NCBI GenBank assembly: GCA_963823665.1
Contig: CAWGMQ010000008.1
Span: 640,001-704,000 of the forward strand
Direction: 5' to 3'
Source of the DNA: an uncultured Planctomycetota bacterium
GTDB taxonomy: Bacteria > Planctomycetota > Planctomycetia > Isosphaerales > Isosphaeraceae
DNA length: 64,000 nt
The notes under the pieces are model-generated. The model worked only from the letters and a program-made list of their open reading frames with translations. It ran no database searches and was not told where the DNA came from. The position numbers and the translations under genes are program-made. Below are positions 9,935 through 20,016 of this stretch, piece by piece. The number at the start of each line of letters is the position of its first letter. Positions within the stretch are counted from its first letter, which is position 1.

Positions 9935-11353
9935 ATGGGGAATGACGAGCGCCAGGCCGCCTGGAGTTCATTGGTCTTGCTCGAGGGCTGCCGCCTCGGG
10001 GATAACCTCGCCGCCGAGGCGCTTTTCTATCGTTATTTCGAACGACTCAAGGCGCTGGCACAGAGGCGGCTTCCATCGCGTTTGATGCGAAGAGCCGATC
10101 CCGAAGATGTTGTGATGTCCGTGTACCGAAGCTTCTTCGTCGGCGCTCGCGCCGGCCGATTCACGCTAACTCGCACCGGCGACCTGTGGCGGTTGCTGTC
10201 AGCCATTACCAAGCACAAGCTATTCCGGCAGATTCGCCGTCACATGGCTGGCCAACGGTCACTCGACCGTGAAGTGTCGGTTGACCAGATCGAGATTGGT
10301 CTTCTCCCGGCACAGCAACAGAAACCCTCGGCCGAGGAGACTGCGGCCTTTTCGGACGAGCTCGAATGGATATTCGGCCATCTCGACGCGACGGGCCGCC
10401 GTATACTCGAGCTCCGTGTGCAGGGAGCGGAGCTCGCCGAGATCGCGCAGGCGACGAGCCGCTCACACCGCACCGTCCGTCGGGTTCTCGCACAGGCCCG
10501 GGATCTCATCGCCAATCGTAAAGATGATCCAGACCCGTTGCTTTCGCATCAAGACTTCGTGTTGGAGCGAATGATCGGCTCAGGGCGTATGGGCAAGGTC
10601 TACGAGGCATGGCAACACAGCTCGAATCGAGCCGTCGCGGTGAAGTTTCTGCGCAAATCGCTTCTTGGCGAGCCTTACCTTGTTGAACGGTTCATCGACG
10701 AATCGCGAATCGTCGCGCGGCTCCGGCACACGAATATCGTCGGTGTGCAGGGTCTGGGTCGGACAACGGGCGGCTCTTATTTCCTCGTGATGGACCTCGT
10801 GCGCGGTCCCAATCTGGTTGAGCTCGCCAGGCGCCGGGAGATTTGCATCGCCGAGGCGATTCGCTGGACCATCGAGACTTGCTCTGCCCTCGAGCATGCC
10901 CACTCTAGAGGTGTCATCCATTGCGACATCAAGCCTGCGAATCTGCTGCTCGCACCGGATGGCGGGATACGACTTACCGACTTCGGCCTGGCGCGGTCGC
11001 TCTCCGCTGGAAAACCGCGGGCGGCCGAGATCGAAGGAACCGGACCGTTCATGGCGCCGGAGCAGGTATCACGTTCCTGGGGTTCCATCGACATACATAC
11101 CGACGTCTATGGCATCGGAGCGGTTCTGTTTACACTCTTGACGGGACGCCCGCCCTGGCCCGGTCGCAGACTCGCGGAAATCCTGGCTGACGTCACGAGC
11201 ACAGCTCCGGTCATCGCTCTCGACCGGCTTCGCCCTGAGCTGCCCCAACCCTTGAGGGAGATCTGCCGGCGGTGCCTCGCCAAGCCGCCGGGGCAACGTT
11301 ACCGTGGCCCGAACGACGTGCGATCGGCCTTGACTCGAGTGGCTGTCTCGTAA
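9935..11353 (+). CDS. ECF sigma factor fused to a C-terminal Ser/Thr protein kinase
   Basis: N-terminal LFYRYFERL...DPEDVVMS...LWRLL...HTH (sigma regions 2/4); then GSGRMGKVY, VAVK, HCDIKPAN, DFG, MAPE; no TM segment. Confidence 0.88.
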   Translation: MGNDERQAAWSSLVLLEGCRLGDNLAAEALFYRYFERLKALAQRRLPSRLMRRADPEDVVMSVYRSFFVGARAGRFTLTRTGDLWRLLSAITKHKLFRQIRRHMAGQRSLDREVSVDQIEIGLLPAQQQKPSAEETAAFSDELEWIFGHLDATGRRILELRVQGAELAEIAQATSRSHRTVRRVLAQARDLIANRKDDPDPLLSHQDFVLERMIGSGRMGKVYEAWQHSSNRAVAVKFLRKSLLGEPYLVERFIDESRIVARLRHTNIVGVQGLGRTTGGSYFLVMDLVRGPNLVELARRREICIAEAIRWTIETCSALEHAHSRGVIHCDIKPANLLLAPDGGIRLTDFGLARSLSAGKPRAAEIEGTGPFMAPEQVSRSWGSIDIHTDVYGIGAVLFTLLTGRPPWPGRRLAEILADVTSTAPVIALDRLRPELPQPLREICRRCLAKPPGQRYRGPNDVRSALTRVAVS

Positions 11354-11381
11354 GAATCAGCCTTCCTGAAGGAGTGTTACC

Positions 11382-12038
11382 TTGATGCGAATCACACCGA
11401 TCGCGGTCGTAACCATCGGATTGCTTCTGGGAGCCACAGCTTCGCTCGGGTCAGGCCGTCGCGACGAGCCGCCGGCGCGGCCGCCTTCAGTTGTGCGCTA
11501 TGACTCAAACGGCGAGCTCTTGCGACCGGAAGGGTATCGAAGCTGGGTCTTCGTCGGTGCCGACCTTGGTCTCGATTACTCGCAACGAAACGATCAGGCC
11601 CTCGATTATCCGAAGAGGAACGACGAGAAGGCGGACGATCAGCGGCCGTTTCACAACGTCTACGTCGATCGCGCGGCTTACGAACATTATGCGCGCACCG
11701 GCGAATTCCCGGACAAGACCATGCTGGTGCTCGAGCTATTCGAAGCGCGCCGAAAGGAGCCGCGGAACGTGGTGACTCGGGGGCTGTACGAGGGAAACCG
11801 CGTTGCGCTCGAGGTCGCGGTGAAGGATCGCCAGCGTCCGGACGGGTCCAAGGCGCCCTGGGCGTATTACGACTTCACGGGCCAGCCCGGCCCCAAAGGA
11901 CGCGATCTACGTCAATCTGCCAAGGCCAAGCCCGACGGATCGTGCTACGACTGCCACAAACAACATGCTGACGTGGACAACGTGTGGGTCCAGTTTTATC
12001 CGACGCTACGCGACCTGACGTATCCCGGCGCTCGATAA
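11382..12038 (+). CDS. Cytochrome P460 / c'-beta family heme protein
   Basis: Signal peptide; PEGYRSWVFVG, FHNVY, GEFPDKTMLVLE, VAVKD, WAYYDF; C-terminal CYDCH heme motif. Confidence 0.82.
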   Translation: MMRITPIAVVTIGLLLGATASLGSGRRDEPPARPPSVVRYDSNGELLRPEGYRSWVFVGADLGLDYSQRNDQALDYPKRNDEKADDQRPFHNVYVDRAAYEHYARTGEFPDKTMLVLELFEARRKEPRNVVTRGLYEGNRVALEVAVKDRQRPDGSKAPWAYYDFTGQPGPKGRDLRQSAKAKPDGSCYDCHKQHADVDNVWVQFYPTLRDLTYPGAR

Positions 12039-12077
12039 GGGCCTCGTTCGGCGACACGGATCGGAGTCTGACGCATC

Positions 12078-13487
12078 GTGACTCAGTGGCTCACAACGAT
12101 CTACTCCTGGTTCTACTCCGAGATTTTCACCCGGATCGGCTTCCTCCTCGCTCTGATTCTGATGGCCGGTCTGCTGCGACAACGACGATCCCCCAGCAGC
12201 ACGATCGCCTGGCTGCTGGCCATTCTGTTGATGCCGAACGTCGGCGTGCCGCTCTACATCATCTTCGGCGGCCGCAAGGTGCGCCGCATGGCACGGCGCA
12301 AACAGCCGATATACCAGACCGCAGGAGTGCCCCCTGGCGACGAGCCTGATGGTCCCGTGCAACGCCTGCTGGCGTCGTACGGAGTTCCGCCTCCGTCGAC
12401 GGATAATTGTCTGGAGCTGGTAACCTCCGGTGTCGAGGCTTACGAGCGCGTCGTCGAACTGATCGAGGGAGCCCGTTCGAGCATCCACATCACGACCTAC
12501 ATTCTCGGCAGTGACAAGGGAAGCAAGGCACTGGTCGAATGCCTCACGCGCAAAGCGTCACAGGGCGTCGCCGTCCGCGTGCTCATCGACAGCTTCGGCT
12601 CGTGGCGGCTCCGGCGCAGCTACCTGGCTTCGCTCGTTGCTGCCGGCGGCGAGGTTGCATCGTTCATGCCGGTTCTCAACCTTTTTCGCGGCCGCGCCAA
12701 CCTGAGAAATCATCGCAAACTCGTCGTGGTCGACTCTCGCTCGGCTTTGACCGGTGGCATGAATCTGGCTTGGCCCTACATCGGCCCACCGGGATCGACT
12801 GGACTCTGGCGCGACCTTTCCGTCGTCGTCGAAGGGCCCGCGGTTGCCGAGCTCGATTCACTCTTCACATCCGACTGGACGTTTGCCACCGGCCGAGACC
12901 CCCGCAGTGGCCCATCCCTGGATCTGGTGTCGTGCGCCACCGGGTTCGAGGCAACCACGGTTCAGGTCGTTGCCAGCGGACCGGACGTCGCGGGCGACCC
13001 GCTCTACGAAGCCTTGCTGGCTCTGATCTTCTCAGCACGTACGCGAATCTGGATCGTCACCCCCTATTATGTTCCCGATGAGATGTTGTCTCGAGCGCTG
13101 GGCCTGGCTGCCCGGCGCGGCGTTGATGTCCGCCTGATCGTGCCCGCGCGATCAAACCACATCTCCGCCGATCTCGCCCGCGCCAGCTACGTTCGCGACC
13201 TGCACACCGCCGGCGGAAGCATCCTGTTCTACGAACCCGTGATGCTTCATGCCAAAGCCGTCCTTTTCGATGACCGCCTTGCGGTCATCGGATCCGCCAA
13301 CATGGATATGCGCAGCCTGTTCCTGAATTTCGAAGTCGCGCTCTTCGTGCACTCTCCAAAGCAGGTGGACCAGGTCGCAACCTGGGCCGAAGCACTGATG
13401 GCCGGCTCAAAGCCCGAGATGCCCACGCCCGGATGGGCTCGTGAGCTTTTCGAAAACGTCGTCCGGCTCTTCGCACCGCTACTGTAG
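12078..13487 (+). CDS. cls: Cardiolipin synthase (phospholipase D family)
   Basis: Two N-terminal TM helices and two HKD motifs (NHRKLVVVD, HAKAVLFD). Confidence 0.9.
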   Translation: MTQWLTTIYSWFYSEIFTRIGFLLALILMAGLLRQRRSPSSTIAWLLAILLMPNVGVPLYIIFGGRKVRRMARRKQPIYQTAGVPPGDEPDGPVQRLLASYGVPPPSTDNCLELVTSGVEAYERVVELIEGARSSIHITTYILGSDKGSKALVECLTRKASQGVAVRVLIDSFGSWRLRRSYLASLVAAGGEVASFMPVLNLFRGRANLRNHRKLVVVDSRSALTGGMNLAWPYIGPPGSTGLWRDLSVVVEGPAVAELDSLFTSDWTFATGRDPRSGPSLDLVSCATGFEATTVQVVASGPDVAGDPLYEALLALIFSARTRIWIVTPYYVPDEMLSRALGLAARRGVDVRLIVPARSNHISADLARASYVRDLHTAGGSILFYEPVMLHAKAVLFDDRLAVIGSANMDMRSLFLNFEVALFVHSPKQVDQVATWAEALMAGSKPEMPTPGWARELFENVVRLFAPLL

Positions 13488-13511
13488 TAATGATCGGCCA
13501 TGCCGCTACCG

Positions 13512-15092
13512 TCACTGTGCTGCTGCATGGAGACTCAAATGGCCTTCGCTCAGGTGCTGTTCGATTGAAGCGCACGCCCCTGGATCCGCTGCCGGCGGAC
13601 CGGCTGCGGGCGCGTCCGGCATCTCGAATTTGAGCAGAGCGGAAAGGATCTTTCCCGCCCAGCGGTACACGTTGTTGTCCTGCACGGCCGACCGCATGCG
13701 CTGCATTCGTCGCTTCCGCTCGGCCGGCGACATTCCGATGGCCAGCCGGATCGCGTCGGCGAGTTCGTCGATTGCATACGGATTGAACAGAAGAGCATCG
13801 CTGAGCTCGAGAGCAGCCCCGGCAAACTGGCTCAAGAGCAGGACGCCATCCTCGTCCGGCCGGCTAGCGACGAACTCCTTGGCAACCAGGTTCATTCCAT
13901 CATGAAGCGAGCTGACGACGCAGAAGTCAGCCAGACGATGGAGTGCAGTCATCTCCACCGGCGAGAAGTGCCGCTTGAAGTAAATCACGGGGCGCCACCT
14001 CTGCGTTCCCCATTTCCAGTTGAGCCGCTCGACCTGACTGTCGATCTCCTTGTCAATCTGCTGATATGAAGCGATGTGCCCTCGGGACGGCACGCCAACT
14101 TGCACGAACGTGAGACGCTCGCGGAACTCCGGGTAACGCTGGAAGAACCGATCGAGTGCTTCGAACCGCTCGGGAATCCCCTTGGTGTAGTCAATCCGTT
14201 CGATACCGATTCCCAGAATATCGCCGCGGCGGCCGAGCATTCGCCGCATCTTGACGATCTCCTGCTCTACCTCACTCGAACGTGCCAGCGCCTCCTGGCG
14301 CTCGAAATCGATGCTGATGGGAAAAGGTCGCACCAGGGTCGACTTGCCCCCGCGTACAATCTCACCCTGCTCCTGGTCGATGCGGGCTTCGAGCGTTCGA
14401 TCGACGACCTCGAGGAAATTCTGGCAGTGGTATCGCAGGTGGAATCCCAGAAGATCATTTCCCAGCAGTCCCTCGAGCAGTTCCTCCTTCCACGGAAAGA
14501 CGCGAAACGTTTCGCGGTTGGGCCAGGGAATGTGCCAGAACTGGGCGATGATCAGGTTAGGATTTCTTTCCTTGAGGTATCGCGCGAGCAGTGCGAAGTG
14601 GTAATCCTGGATAAATACGAACGCCGGTCGCCCCGCCGCCTCCTCAAGCACGGCGTCGCCAAACAACTGGTTCACCCGGCGATACATCTCCCAGTGCTCC
14701 GGACGAAACACCGGACGGGTGAACGTCACATGACAAAGCGGCCAGAGACCCGCATTCGAGAGCCCATGGTAATAGCCTTCCTCCTCTTCCTTGGTCAGCC
14801 ACACTCTTCGTAGAGTGTAACTGGGGTCTTCCGGCGGAACCTGAACGTGATCGAACTCATCGACCATCGCGCGGTCGGCGTCGCCCGAACCATGGCCCAC
14901 CCACACGCCGCCCGATGCCCGCATCACCGGGTCGAGCGCAGAAGCCATCCCGCTCGCGGGACGCTGGCAGGCAATCGTATCGCCGCCTTCTTCATAATTG
15001 TGGATGAACGGCTCCCGGTTCGCGACCACGATCATTGGATAATCCGTGATCTTGGCCCCGATCAGCTCATGCAGCGATTCCTTGTCCCACAT
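13512..15092 (-). CDS. otsA: Trehalose-6-phosphate synthase (GT20)
   Basis: VVANREP, LWPLCH, QDYHF, FWHIPWP, RIDYTKGI, DGMNLVAKE; GGAGG RBS before ATG 15092. Confidence 0.92.
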   Translation of the reverse strand: MWDKESLHELIGAKITDYPMIVVANREPFIHNYEEGGDTIACQRPASGMASALDPVMRASGGVWVGHGSGDADRAMVDEFDHVQVPPEDPSYTLRRVWLTKEEEEGYYHGLSNAGLWPLCHVTFTRPVFRPEHWEMYRRVNQLFGDAVLEEAAGRPAFVFIQDYHFALLARYLKERNPNLIIAQFWHIPWPNRETFRVFPWKEELLEGLLGNDLLGFHLRYHCQNFLEVVDRTLEARIDQEQGEIVRGGKSTLVRPFPISIDFERQEALARSSEVEQEIVKMRRMLGRRGDILGIGIERIDYTKGIPERFEALDRFFQRYPEFRERLTFVQVGVPSRGHIASYQQIDKEIDSQVERLNWKWGTQRWRPVIYFKRHFSPVEMTALHRLADFCVVSSLHDGMNLVAKEFVASRPDEDGVLLLSQFAGAALELSDALLFNPYAIDELADAIRLAIGMSPAERKRRMQRMRSAVQDNNVYRWAGKILSALLKFEMPDAPAAGPPAADPGACASIEQHLSEGHLSLHAAAQ

Positions 15093-15515
15093 TGGCACCT
15101 CCCATCTTGGAAGACTTGGAGCGCGAAGACGGGTTTCATCAACGCACGTATGCACCATTCCTTGGTCGTGAGGATGAATCCTGCTGAAGTAATGTTTTCA
15201 TAATCATTCACAACGATTCAAGGCTCGAAAATCCATTTCACGCCATACCTTTTCCACGTACCGCCACGCGTTCGCGCTTTCTTGTGCGCGGAATCGTCAT
15301 GCCTTGCCAATATTGACGCGCCATACGCTGTGATAGGAACGCGACATGATGGCGTGCAATCGATCTGGTCAAGCCGTTTGAGTGCCGCTCAAGGGTATTT
15401 TGGCCGAGGTCAGTCGTTACGATGCAAATCCGATGCCGAGCACAACGTTTTCGGTAGGGCATCAAATTCATCATCACGTCGTCACGACCGCGATCGCTCG
15501 TGGCCAAGCGTCGTC

Positions 15516-16757
15516 TCAGGCTTCATTGACGACACCTCCGACTGGATTCGATTCGAGGTCGATCGCCGATGAGGCAGCACGCGCAAGGAGATGCTTGAGC
15601 ACCACTGGGGCGAATAACGTCGTGACCATCACCATCATCGTGACTGCGCCGAAGAGCCCCGCATCGAACACCCCCGCCGCGAGCCCTGCCTGTGCAAAGA
15701 TCAGCCCCACCTCGCCGCGCGGCACCATCCCCACGCCGACCACCATCTTGTTGCCTCGAAACCAGAACGGCGCAAATCCCGCAGCCAGCTTGCCCGTGAC
15801 GCCAACGAGGATCAGCACCAACCCGACGACCAGAGATTGCCGGCTGCTGGGAACGACCGGATTCAGCGCGTTCAGATCGACCGCCGCTCCAACCGCAACG
15901 AAAAAGAGCGGAACGAAGAAGTGGCCGATCTCGGTGATCCCGCGCTCGATTTCGTGCGATTGCGGAGCTCGCACCACCAGCAGGCCGGCGGCAAACGCCC
16001 CGATGATCATCGCGGAGCCACACTTATCAGCCAGCCAGGCCAGCCCAAACGCAGCGACGAGCGCGAGGGCCGTCGCTGTGCCCGGCAGCTCTATCCGCCC
16101 CGCCCAGCGGAAGAGAATTGGCACCACATGCCGACCCACCAAGAGCGCAGCCACGAGAAAGCCCAGCGCGCTTGCTGTCGTCTGCAGAATCCCCAACCAG
16201 GAGACCTCCCGGCCTTCTGCCAGCTCGCCCACCACCCCCAGGATGAGCAGCCCCAGCACGTCATCCATCACGGCGGCGCCCAGGATGATTTGACCTTCGG
16301 GCTCGTGGAGCCGCCCCAGATCCGATAGCACTCGCGCGGTGATTCCCACACTGGTTGCCGTGAGCGTCGCCGCAGCTACAATCGAGACAACCGTGCTCAG
16401 CCCCATTAGCCGGCACGCCGCGAAGCCCAGGCCCAGCGGCAACGCCACCCCGGCCACCGCCACTGCCAGTGATGTCACTCCCACTTTCAACAGCCGTCCA
16501 AGATCAGTCTCGATGCCAATCGCGAACAGCAGAATCACCACGCCCAGCTCGGAAATCAGTTGAATCGTCTCGATCTGCGGATCCACCAGCCCTAGCACCG
16601 ACTTCCCAACCACCACCCCACCGATCAGCTCGCCCAGCACCGCCGGCTGCCCAGCTCGTTGCGCCAGGTAGCCAAATACCTTGGCCGCTACCAGCATCAC
16701 GACCAGAATTCCCAGTAACTGTGAAATGTGCAGATGTTCCATGATGCATGCGGTCAT
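15516..16757 (-). CDS. Cation:proton antiporter (CPA2 family)
   Basis: Multi-TM protein; ATSVGIT, AAVMDD, GMVPRGEVG. Confidence 0.9.
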   Translation of the reverse strand: MTACIMEHLHISQLLGILVVMLVAAKVFGYLAQRAGQPAVLGELIGGVVVGKSVLGLVDPQIETIQLISELGVVILLFAIGIETDLGRLLKVGVTSLAVAVAGVALPLGLGFAACRLMGLSTVVSIVAAATLTATSVGITARVLSDLGRLHEPEGQIILGAAVMDDVLGLLILGVVGELAEGREVSWLGILQTTASALGFLVAALLVGRHVVPILFRWAGRIELPGTATALALVAAFGLAWLADKCGSAMIIGAFAAGLLVVRAPQSHEIERGITEIGHFFVPLFFVAVGAAVDLNALNPVVPSSRQSLVVGLVLILVGVTGKLAAGFAPFWFRGNKMVVGVGMVPRGEVGLIFAQAGLAAGVFDAGLFGAVTMMVMVTTLFAPVVLKHLLARAASSAIDLESNPVGGVVNEA

Positions 16758-16897
16758 GGCAAGCGGACTTGTCCGCAGTGGGGGTGCAAGCTAAAATAGA
16801 ATGCTAACGAACGAATTGTGGTCCAATAGTCCCCCCAGATCGCCGTGCGCCATTCAAGGAGTCGCTGGCCTCCGGGAAGGCGAGGCTCAGCTCGACA

Positions 16898-18724
16898 ATG
16901 AAGCGACGCGACGACATTCGAAACGTGGCTATCATAGCACATGTCGACCACGGGAAAACGACCCTGGTCGACGCGATGCTTCGTCAGTCAGGGCAGTATC
17001 GGGCATCACAGCTCCAGGGTGAGCGGATTCTCGACTCCAACGACCTTGAGCGGGAGCGCGGCATCACCATCCTGGCCAAGAACATCGCCATCTCGTTCGG
17101 CGACACCAAGATCAATCTGATCGATACGCCCGGCCATGCCGATTTCGGCGGCGAGGTCGAGCGCACGCTCCAGATGGCCGACGGCGCCTTGGTCTTGGTG
17201 GATGCCTTCGAAGGTCCGATGCCGCAAACCAAATTCGTGCTCCGCAAGGCCTTTGCACGCCACATCCGGCCCATCGTCGTCATCAACAAGATCGATCGGC
17301 CCGACGCTCGGCCCACAGAAGTCCTAAACGAGATCTTCGACACGTTCGTCGAGCAGGGAGCCAGCGAGCTTCAACTCGACTTTCCTTATATCTATGCGTC
17401 GGGGAAAGCCGGTCTTGCCTCTCATGACCCCCATGCAACCTCCGGCGACATCAAACCGCTCTTCGAGATGATCATGGAGCACGTGCCGGGGCCGGTTGTC
17501 GACCCCGATGGGCCTTTCCGCATGCTCTGCACCACCCTCGACTTCTCGGAATACGTCGGGCGCATCGCCGTCGGGCGCATCGTCTCGGGCGCGCGGCGCG
17601 GCCAGAAGGCTGCGTTGATCAAATCTGGCGACAAGTTGGTCGCCGGATCCATCGACAGCGTGATGGTCTTCGACAAGCTCGGCCGTGCCGAGGTCGAAAC
17701 GGCCGAAGCCGGCGACATCGTCGCCATCGTCGGTCTGGGTTCCGTCGACATCGGCGACACCATCGCCGACCCCGAAAACCCCGTCGCGTTGCCGCGAATC
17801 GAAATCGATGAGCCAACGTTGAGCATGCTTTTCCGCGTCAACGATTCCCCACTCTGTGGCGAGGGCCAGTTTCTCACGTCGCGCCACCTCAAGGAACGGC
17901 TCGACCGCGAGCTCGAGTCCAACGTCGCCCTGCGCGTCGAGCCCAGCGACGAACGCGACGCCTTCAAAGTCTCCGGTCGCGGCTTGCTCCATCTTTCGAT
18001 CTTGATCGAAACCATGCGCCGCGAAAGCTATGAGCTCTCCGTCGGCAAGCCCGAAGTCATCTACCGCGAGATCGACGGAGTCACTTGCGAGCCGTACGAA
18101 TTCCTGGTCGTCGACGTCCCCCACAGCCACATCGGGCCTGTGATCGAGCACACCGGCGGACGCCGCGGCGAAATGACCAAGATGGATGTCAAGGGAGCGT
18201 ACGCCCACATCGAGTTCCTGATCCCCGCCCGCGGTCTGATCGGCCTGCGCACCCGCTTGATGAGCGCAACCCAGGGCGAGGCGATCATGCACCACAACTT
18301 CCACGACTATCGCCCGGTCAAAGGCGACGTCCCCAAACGCCAGAACGGCGTGATGGTCAGCCTCGTCCGCGGACCGGCCGTCGCCTATTCCCTCGATAAC
18401 TTGCAACAGCGCGGCTCCATGTTCATCTCACCCGGCGACGCCATTTACGAAGGCATGATCATCGCCGAGAACGCGCGCGGCGACGATATGGTCGTCAACC
18501 CCTGCAAGGAGAAAAAACTCACGAACATGCGGGCCTCGGGCTCAGACAAGAACATCCTGCTCAAGCCGCCGCGCGAGCTGACACTCGAGATCGCGCTCGA
18601 ATATATCGAAGACGACGAGCTCGTCGAAGTCACTCCTTCGTCCATTCGCCTCCGCAAGAAAATCCTCTCCGACGAGAGCCGCAAGCGCTCGGAGCGCGGC
18701 AGCGGCAAGGCCGTGAGGGTTTGA
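16898..18724 (+). CDS. typA: Translational GTPase TypA/BipA
   Basis: AHVDHGKTTLVD, ERERGITI, DTPGHADFGGEVER, NKID, KKLTNMRASG. Confidence 0.97.
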   Translation: MKRRDDIRNVAIIAHVDHGKTTLVDAMLRQSGQYRASQLQGERILDSNDLERERGITILAKNIAISFGDTKINLIDTPGHADFGGEVERTLQMADGALVLVDAFEGPMPQTKFVLRKAFARHIRPIVVINKIDRPDARPTEVLNEIFDTFVEQGASELQLDFPYIYASGKAGLASHDPHATSGDIKPLFEMIMEHVPGPVVDPDGPFRMLCTTLDFSEYVGRIAVGRIVSGARRGQKAALIKSGDKLVAGSIDSVMVFDKLGRAEVETAEAGDIVAIVGLGSVDIGDTIADPENPVALPRIEIDEPTLSMLFRVNDSPLCGEGQFLTSRHLKERLDRELESNVALRVEPSDERDAFKVSGRGLLHLSILIETMRRESYELSVGKPEVIYREIDGVTCEPYEFLVVDVPHSHIGPVIEHTGGRRGEMTKMDVKGAYAHIEFLIPARGLIGLRTRLMSATQGEAIMHHNFHDYRPVKGDVPKRQNGVMVSLVRGPAVAYSLDNLQQRGSMFISPGDAIYEGMIIAENARGDDMVVNPCKEKKLTNMRASGSDKNILLKPPRELTLEIALEYIEDDELVEVTPSSIRLRKKILSDESRKRSERGSGKAVRV

Positions 18725-18747
18725 TCGGACCGCAGCCTGGTGGTGTA

Positions 18748-19281
18748 TCAGACAAGGTCCTCGGCCAAAAGGCTGAAAAGCTCAACGTCGTGCCAGCGGC
18801 CGTCACGCCAGAACTTGCGCCGCGCCACTCCCTCGTGCCGATAACCGGCTTTCTCGAAAACTCGCTTCATCGCCGGGTTCATCGTATGACCCTCGATGCG
18901 GTGTAACCCCAGCTCACCGAAGGCAAAGCGCGTCCGCACCCGAACGGCATCCGTGGCGTAGCCCTTGCCCCAGGCCGATCGATCGCCGATGAAAAGGCCG
19001 CCGGTTGCCCACCGATTGCGCCAGTTGATCTCGTGCAAGCCGATGAACCCGATGTGCCGGCCCTTCTCGTCGATGATGGCCCAGACAAAGTCACCGTTCT
19101 GACGCGTTTCGATCGAATCGAAGAAAAGCTCTTCCTGGCGCCGGCTGAATCCCAGGTTCAGCTTGAGTGTCGCCGTGACCTCTGGGTCGTTCAGCCATGC
19201 CAGGGCGTTTTCGAGGTGCAGCGTCCGGTCCGGCGGCAACAGCCGGACGCGCTCCCCGCGTTGCCCGACGATTTCCATCAC
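18748..19281 (-). CDS. GNAT N-acetyltransferase (RimJ/RimL-like)
   Basis: WGKGYAT acetyl-CoA motif, AFGELGLHRI, EKAGYRHEG. Confidence 0.85.
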   Translation of the reverse strand: MMEIVGQRGERVRLLPPDRTLHLENALAWLNDPEVTATLKLNLGFSRRQEELFFDSIETRQNGDFVWAIIDEKGRHIGFIGLHEINWRNRWATGGLFIGDRSAWGKGYATDAVRVRTRFAFGELGLHRIEGHTMNPAMKRVFEKAGYRHEGVARRKFWRDGRWHDVELFSLLAEDLV

Positions 19282-19305
19282 ATTCTCCTCACGTATTTCG
19301 ATTGA

Positions 19306-19934
19306 TCAGTTCGCGGGATATTGGCCCGTTTGCTTCATCCAGTTGGTCAGGTCGCGCATTCTGGCTCGATACTGGTGCGGCGGTTCAAACGGTAGCGGGC
19401 CGATGTCCTTGGCCGCGGCTTTGACCTCCGCGGCTTGCTCGGGGAGCCCGTTGTCGCCGTAGTGGCTGACCGTCTCCGTCGAAAACCTCGCCTTGATCAC
19501 CATCACCGAGAAATTGCGACCGTTGATGAACAGATAGGCAAGGGTCCGGCCGTACGGGTCCAGCGTCGGGCAGCGTAAGAGATCGACCTCGCTCGCCGCG
19601 GCGAACGCCCCCTGCGCGAACGCATTCGCTTCCTTGCCAAAGGGCTGGTCGAACGGCAGATTGTGCTCGAGCCGACGGGTCTCCGGGGTATCAATTCCCA
19701 GAATTCGCACAACCTCCGCCTCGGCCCCGGGCCAGCGGATCACAACGGTGTCGCCGTCTTCAACTGCGACAATTGCCGGGTCAACCTTCACGCGCTGACC
19801 GAACGGCCGCGGCTGTGCCTTGGCCGGCGCGGCGCCGTCTTGGTTTGTGGCGCGGCGGGCTCTTGTCCCAGCAAGAACGGAATGAAGCACAACCCCGCCA
19901 GAGTCGATGCTGCGATGCGAGCGAAAGGATGCAT
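19306..19934 (-). CDS. Thermonuclease (SNase) family protein with signal peptide, frameshifted at ~19835
   Basis: VEDGDT, RILGIDTPE, DPYGRTLAY; the signal peptide MHPFARIAASTLAGLCFIPFLLG (ATG 19934, GGAG RBS) is in a different frame. Confidence 0.85.
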
Positions 19935-20016
19935 GGCAATCTCCGGGCGAATCATCTCGCCAAGGTACTCGGTGTCATGGACAACGCCGTTCGACTAGAG
20001 GTTCGGTTCGGGCCAT

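Noticed and set aside
15160..15510. Small ORFs or a sigma54 promoter upstream of otsA
   Set aside because: No recognisable protein and no correctly spaced TGGCAC-N5-TTGC motif.
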